Notes under the pieces: model-generated
Database searches by the model: none
What the model was told of the DNA's origin: nothing
The model's input: the letters and a program-made list of their open reading frames with translations, nothing else
Assembly (NCBI RefSeq): GCF_018420025.1
Contig: NZ_JAEDAM010000023.1
Location: forward strand, 1-14,251
DNA: 14,251 bases
DNA from: Candidatus Vampirococcus lugosii
GTDB lineage: Bacteria > Patescibacteriota > Gracilibacteria > Absconditabacterales > Absconditicoccaceae
Direction: 5' to 3'
Shown here: positions 9,171 to 14,251 of the stretch, piece by piece
Layout of the letters: every line of letters starts with the position of its first letter
Numbering within the stretch: the first letter of the stretch is position 1
Translations under genes and position numbers: made by a program

Positions 9171-10142
9171 ATGAAAGATAATATTAAAGAAAATTGTAGA
9201 ATTAAATGTTTTCCAATTTCATTTTTTTCTGTGATACTTGGAATGTCGGGTTTTACTATAGCTTTTCAAAAAGCTGAAGAAATATTAAAAATTCCTATTC
9301 ATATAAGTTCATATATTTTATTGATTACAATAATTTTTTTTATTCTTATTTCAATTTTATATTTGACAAAAATTATTTTATTTAGAAATAAAGTAAAAGA
9401 AGAATTTAATCATCCTATTAAATTAAGTTTTTTTCCAACATTTTCTATAAGTTTGTTGTTGTTGAGTATAGCTTTTTTGGATATTAATATTGATATATCT
9501 AAATATCTTCGGATTAGTGGAACATTAATTCATTTTGTATTTACATTAAAAATAATATCTATTTGGATTCAAGATATTAAATTTGATATTAAACATATGA
9601 ATCCTGCATGGTTTATACCTGCTGTTGGAAATATATTAGTTCCAATTGCTTGAGTCTCTCACGGTTTTATAGAAATTTCTTGGTTTTTTTATAGTATTTG
9701 ATTATTTTTTTGGATTATTTTGTTGATAATATTTTTTAATCGTATAATATTTCATCATCCTTTACCAGAAAAATTATTACCTACTTTATTTATTTTAATA
9801 GCCCCACCAGCTATAGGTTTTATATCATTTGTAAAATTAACTTGAGAAATAAATGAATTTACAAAAATTTTGTATTATTTTTGATTGTTTTTGGTTTTTT
9901 TATTATTTTCACAAATAAAAATATTTAAAAAAATAAAATTTTATTTATCTTGGTGGGCATATTCTTTTCCTATTGCTTGAATAAGTATTGCTAGTATTTT
10001 GATGTTTAAAGAAACTAATTTTGATACTTTAAAATATATTTCATTATTATTATTTTGATTAACAAATATTATTATATTATTATTATTATTTAAAACATTT
10101 ATTGCTATTTTAAAAAAAGAAATTTGTATTGAAGAAGAATAA
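9171..10142 (+). CDS. TehA/SLAC1 (TDT) family anion or C4-dicarboxylate transporter, 323 aa
   Basis: Extends track ORF 9171..9653. Polytopic membrane protein with about 10 hydrophobic segments. Family-typical stretches FPISFFSVILGMSGF, NPAWFIPAVGNILVPIAG, LFILIAPPAIGF and SWWAYSFPIAG. TAA stop at 10140-10142. Confidence 0.85.
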
Positions 10143-10176
10143 ATTTTTAAATAAAAAAATATTTAAAAATAAAGTC

Positions 10177-10204
10177 TTGAAAAAAAAAATAAAAAAAATA
10201 TTAT
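10177..10204 (+). promoter_or_regulatory. candidate promoter (cTTGAAA, 16 nt spacer, TATTAT)
   Basis: Hexamers at 10177-10182 and 10199-10204, 33 nt upstream of the ATG at 10237. Confidence 0.25.
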
Positions 10205-10236
10205 TAATATTAATTTAATTAAATTCATCATAAAAT

Positions 10237-12435
10237 ATGAAAAAAATAATTATTTTATTATTTATGTTTTTACCATATATAAATTTTGCAAATTGGAATT
10301 TAGATTGAGTTGATATTATTAATAGATCTCAACGAGGTGCTGATGAAAGTTTAAGATATTATGACAATCATGAATATCAAGATATTCTCAAAAGAAAAGA
10401 AGAGTATGAAAAATATCTTAAAGAACTTTATAATGAAGATTATCAAGCTTATTTAAATGCTACCAAAAAATCTAGAATAAATGAAAAAAGAAATAAATAT
10501 GTTTTACAAAATAATCCAAGTAGTATTAGAGTTGATAAAACAATAAATAATTTTAATTGAAATAAATTGCGATGGCCAAACTCTTATTTTTTTGATAAAA
10601 ATTCAATAATAATTCATCATACTGCTAATGATTATACAAAATTTAAAAATAAACAAGAAGTAGAAGTTTTTTTGAGAAATATTTATCGTAGTCATTCAAT
10701 TACTAACTGATGGTGAGATATAGGTTACAATTTTGTTATAGATCATTTTGGAAATATTTATGAATGAAAAAGTGGTTGAGAATGAATTGTTTGAGCTCAT
10801 GCTGTTTGGAATAATACTAGTTCTATTTGAATTTCTTTGATATGACATTTTGATATACAAAAACCAACAAAAGAACAACTTATAAGTTTAACAAAACTTT
10901 TAGTTAGTTTGTCAGATAAATATAATATAAATCCTAAAAAACAAAATTTTTATAATAAACCTTCAAATAATTCTCCATATATGAACATAGTTTGAAATTA
11001 TCCTATAGTAGGTCATAGAGATGTATGAAGTACTGCATGCCCTGGAAAAAATTTATATAATTTGTTGCCTAAAATTAGAGATATAACTTCTTTGAAATTA
11101 GATAAAATAAAATTAAGTTCTTATAAAAAAAATACTGAAAATAACATAAATACTGAAAAAATAAATAAAGATATAAAAAAACATAAAGATATAAAAGCTA
11201 AATCTTCTATTTTTATTTCTTCAAATAAGAAAACTTTAAATATAGAAAGTGAAGCTAGTGAAATTATGAAATATACTAATGATAAAGATTCTATATTTTT
11301 ATCAAATTTTGATATAATAAATTGAAATATACAATTTGATATTGAATACAAAAAATATAATGCCAGTGGTAAACATAAAATATTTATAGAAACTGATAAA
11401 GAAATAATTAATTATGAAATTAATCTTGTTTGGCAAAAAGATTTATATAATATAATGAAAAATAAAAAAGATAATTATTTGAAAAATATTGAAAATCCTT
11501 TGACAAACAATAGAATGAAAAAAATTAAATCTAAAATTAACTTAAATGATGCTATTAATTATTTAACAAAAAATGTAAAAGTTCTATTATATGAATTAAG
11601 TAGTAAATTTAATACTTATGAAATATCTTGTACTTCGTCTTGTGATTTGGAAATTGATGCTATAAATTTTGAAAATATTAATAATTTAACAATTAATAAA
11701 AATTGAAATTTTTTGAAATTATATATTGATTGAAAAAAATATTATTCAAGTTATATTAATTTAATTAATAATGAATGATTTATTGTTTTTGAAAATTATG
11801 ATAGAAAATCATATTGATGAATCCCATGGAATAAATTTAGATGAAATATAAATATAAAAAGAGATTTGATAAAACCTATATGAAAAAAAGTAAAAACAGA
11901 TTGGACTTTGGTAAATGATTTACCTTTTTTTGATTATATGAAATGAATAGTAGAAACTAATGATCAAGAACATATTGAGAAAAATAAATTAATGTCTTTG
12001 ATAAGTAAAAATTATATGTTATTTTATTTTGATAAATCAAACGAACATCCAAGTATTCCTAGTAATGCAAAATATAATGCTATAGACGATGCAAGAATTT
12101 TTCAAAAATATTGAGGTGCTTGAGTTGAAGATACTTTGACAAAATGGTATTCTGCTCTTGAACAAACATGGAATGAAATAGTTTATTATGATAATTATAT
12201 TCCTATATTACCTTATTATAATTGTTCATCTTGATTTACTTGGTCAGCAGAAGAAAGATTTGGTTGGATAGATACTAGTTATTTACAATCCAAAATTGAT
12301 TTTTTTTCTTGTGATAAATTTAATTGACATTGAGTAGGTCTTAGTTGAAGAGGTTCAGAATTTTTGGCAAATAATTGATTAAATTATAAACAAATTTTGA
12401 AATATTATTATATTTGAGTTGATATTTATGAATAA
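10237..12435 (+). CDS. secreted bifunctional cell-wall hydrolase: N-acetylmuramoyl-L-alanine amidase (Amidase_2/PGRP fold) fused to a SpoIID/LytB domain, 732 aa
   Basis: All 733 triplets checked. Signal-like N-terminus MKKIIILLFMFLPYINFA. Amidase_2 motifs [51 protein letters not shown] and IVGHRDVGSTACPGKNLY. A long K/N-rich linker follows. SpoIID motifs YMKGIVETNDQE...LISKNYMLFY, IFQKYGGAG, YYNCSSGFTWSAEERFG and GHGVGLSGRGSEFLANNGLNYKQILKYYY. Absorbs track ORFs 11062..11325 and 11455..11706. Confidence 0.85.
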
Positions 12436-12509
12436 TATTGTGAATTTTTTGATTATTTATAAATAATATTTATTATATAATATATTTATATTATAAAGAA
12501 TTATTAATT

Positions 12510-12893
12510 ATGTGAAATAAAATGTTTTTGTTGATAATATATATTTTTCAATTAATATTTGCTGTATGAACATGATTTTGATTATCATTATATTATATAT
12601 CACAAAATGAAAATAAAGATAATTCATCATCTCAACAAGAAATAAATGATGATTTACTAGATGAGCAATATAATATATGATTTCAAGATTGAAAAAGTAT
12701 AGCATTTTGAGAAGTAGTAAAAAGTTGATTGAATCAAGAATGTAAAACATTCTCAGTGAAAGCTGGATTAAATCAAAATTGAGAAGTTAAAGATTACTCT
12801 GTTACTTTAATAAATGTAGATTGTTTAAATATACAAAATAATAACACTGAACAAAATAATAACACTGAACAAAATAATGCAGAATGAAATTAA
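12510..12893 (+). CDS. small N-terminally anchored or secreted hypothetical protein with QNNNTE tandem repeat, 127 aa
   Basis: Triplet-checked ORF. ATG TGA AAT AAA ATG opening, with an alternative start at 12522. Hydrophobic N-terminus FLLIIYIFQLIFAVGTGFGLSLYYI, two Cys, and a C-terminal N/Q-rich repeat. No family recognised. Confidence 0.6.
12834..12878 (+). repeat. 18 nt in-frame tandem repeat, 2.5 copies (caaaataataacactgaa, encoding QNNNTE)
   Basis: Two identical copies at 12834-12851 and 12852-12869, and a 9 nt partial third copy at 12870-12878. Confidence 0.85.
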
Positions 12894-13321
12894 TAAACTT
12901 TTTTTAAACTCATCTTTGTAAATAAAAAATAGTTTATTTTATAGTAGTAAATATTATTGTATTTTTTCATTACACATAATATGTTTATTAAAAGAAAGTA
13001 CTCGCAAATATAATTGAAAAACTTATATCACTTATTATCTTGTTGAATCTTATAGAGATAAAGATACAAAAAAGTAAAAATACTATCAAAAATTGAATAA
13101 AACAAATTGATGATAATAATCTATATAAAGCAATTAATTATCTTGAAGAAAATCAAAAAGAAATTATACAGTTAAATATACAAAAATGTACATTAGATAC
13201 ATTATTAACTGAATTAAAAAATGTAAGTAAAGTTTACTTTAAAATAGATAATATACATATAAATAAAGTAGAACAAATAAATGAGCTTCAAGAAAAAATA
13301 TTTAAATTATTTAAAATAAAA

Positions 13322-13357
13322 ATAGATTTGTGTAGTACACAAATCTATTTTTATTTT
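13322..13357. terminator. candidate bidirectional rho-independent terminator
   Basis: Perfect inverted repeat atagatttgtgta / tacacaaatctat (13322-13334 and 13336-13348). It is preceded by an A-run (aaaataaaa) and followed by tttttatttt. It lies between the convergent gene blocks and is the only hairpin with G/C pairs seen in the intergenic DNA. Confidence 0.55.
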
Positions 13358-13362
13358 CTTGA

Positions 13363-13387
13363 AAATCCTTGTTTAAATCAAGGATTT
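13363..13387. other. second stem-loop (9 bp stem aaatccttg / caaggattt, 7 nt loop)
   Basis: Seen directly at 13363-13371 and 13379-13387. caagga recurs at 13403-13408, so an alternative pairing is conceivable. Function unknown; it may assist termination of the minus-strand gene ending at 13488. Confidence 0.3.
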
Positions 13388-13487
13388 AGAAATTTTGTTT
13401 TACAAGGATGAGATTAAATAAAATTTTAAGTATTAATTATATAATTAATTTATTAATAAAATTAAACTTTTTTTTAATAAACAGATA

Positions 13488-14251
13488 TTATTTATTATAT
13501 ATTTTTATATTATCTATTAAATATTTTTTTAATATATCTTCACTATATTCATATTTTTTGTTTCATATATGAATATTTCATATTATATTATCTAATTTTT
13601 TTGAATTAAGTTCTTCATTTGTCTTTTTAAATATAGTATTTATACTTCATATATTATTATTTGATGTATTATTATTTCATATATCATTATTTCATATATT
13701 TTTTCATAAATTATTACCTAATATATAATTAATATTATCAAAACTTTTTATTTTATTTATATTTTTTTTAAATTCATTTAATATTTGTCTATCTTTTTCA
13801 GTTTTTATAGAGAATTTTATTCATTTTATTTCTTTAAACTTATCTTGTTTTCAATCATAAGTATGAGTTATTTGTCAGTCAAATAATTTTAATTTATTGG
13901 TATTATTAAAATTTATTTTATAAATTCAATTATTTAGATCTGCATCTAAATATCTTTTTTGTACTATAAAAAAATTTAAACAAAAACTTACAAATAAAGT
14001 TGATAAAATTATAGGCAATATAAAAAATATTATAATATTGTATATATCATTATCAATATAATTAACATTATCAACATTAATTTTTTTGTATTTATTTAAA
14101 TTTACATGTTTTCTTTGATAAATTCAAACTTCTTTTTGTGTTCAAGAGGATTCTTTTTCAAGAACAAAATCTTTTCAAGAATATGAAAAATAGTAAAGAA
14201 TAACTTTTTCTCAAACAGTGTATGATTTAGTATTTTCTCAATAAATTCTTT
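13488..14251 (-). CDS. hypothetical membrane protein, partial (5' end beyond the right window edge), at least 253 aa
   Basis: The minus frame is open under table 25 from the window edge to TAA at 13490-13488; triplet-checked, many TGA. One clear TM helix IYNIIIFFILPIILSTLFVSFCLNFFIV. C-terminal N-rich region with a repeated I-G-N motif. No in-frame ATG within the window. Confidence 0.7.

Larger units (their letters stand above)
12981..13417 (+). pseudogene. frameshifted, truncated N-terminal remnant of an IS1634/IS4-like transposase
   Basis: Three consecutive frames read as follows. MFIKRK (ATG 12981, stops at 13011). Then STRKYNGKTYITYYLVESYRDKDTKK (stops at 13075). Then SKNTIKNGIKQIDDNNLYKAINYLEENQKEII..., open to 13417 (a 142-codon frame with no ATG). 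Joined, they resemble the conserved N-terminus of IS1634-family transposases (MF.K.K....GKTY.YL.ESYR..GK.K...I.nLG). No DDE domain follows. Both frame breaks are +1 and fall in A-runs. Confidence 0.4.

Noticed and set aside
10141-10170. 11 bp inverted repeat atttttaaata / tatttaaaaat after the TehA-like gene as a terminator. Similar A/T-only palindromes occur near 3431-3460, 7490-7515 and 12460-12480.
   Set aside because: The stems are entirely A/T with no following T-run. Such palindromes are expected by chance at this composition.
13068-13074. A AAA AAG heptamer in the zero frame of the transposase remnant, possibly a programmed -1 frameshift site as in IS1, IS3 and dnaX
   Set aside because: The -1 frame hits TAA after 8 codons (13098-13100). 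The frame that continues the homology is +1, so simple homopolymer indel or decay is more likely.
12992-13417. 142-codon open frame, possibly an intact gene
   Set aside because: It contains no ATG at all, runs through a terminator hairpin, and its start is best explained as a continuation of the frameshifted transposase N-terminus.
1-14251. TGA read as Trp (table 4, Mollicutes-like) as the explanation for the in-frame TGAs
   Set aside because: TGA falls at invariant glycines (GTGSG, DGS, DGDG, GxDxG, GDxHxG). Trp positions use TGG, including TGG and TGA side by side in the RuvX GIDWGS motif.
1-14251. CRISPR arrays, rRNA, tmRNA, RNase P, or riboswitch-like GC-rich structured segments
   Set aside because: No regularly spaced direct repeats were seen. 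The only GC-rich island outside coding motifs is the tRNA at 6246-6318.

Overview
Very AT-rich bacterial DNA in which TGA is a sense codon, not a stop. Under the standard code the window looks nearly gene-free, which is why the supplied ORF track is fragmented and partly antisense. Reading TGA as glycine (NCBI table 25, the Candidate Division SR1 / Gracilibacteria code) resolves it into about 13 tightly packed genes plus one tRNA. I checked the long ORFs triplet by triplet and found no in-frame TAA or TAG. TGA repeatedly sits at invariant Gly positions (PrmC GTGSG, GT2 DGS and DGDG, M23 active-site region, RuvX GIDWGS), while Trp uses TGG. This points to a Patescibacteria/CPR organism (Gracilibacteria or Absconditabacteria); I cannot tell which. 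Layout: the minus strand from 1 to 3242 holds two small hypothetical ORFs, prmC, and an M23 peptidase with Big2 and SLH domains. The plus strand from 3529 to 12893 holds a GtrB-like GT2, ruvX, a sigma70-region-4 plus HARE-HTH protein, tRNA-Thr(GGU), a membrane metallophosphoesterase, a PrgI-like small membrane protein, a BatA-like vWA protein, a TehA/SLAC1-type transporter, an Amidase_2-SpoIID fusion, and a small repeat-bearing anchored protein. Next comes a roughly 590 bp non-coding gap with a frameshifted IS1634-like transposase remnant and the only GC-containing terminator hairpin. A partial minus-strand membrane protein runs off the right edge. No CRISPR array, no rRNA, and no obvious structured RNA other than the tRNA. 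The most notable items are the recoding itself, the two multidomain peptidoglycan hydrolases, the sigma-r4/HARE-HTH architecture, the NLPY variant in PrmC, and the transposase remnant. All family calls come from motif recognition by eye, not from searches.
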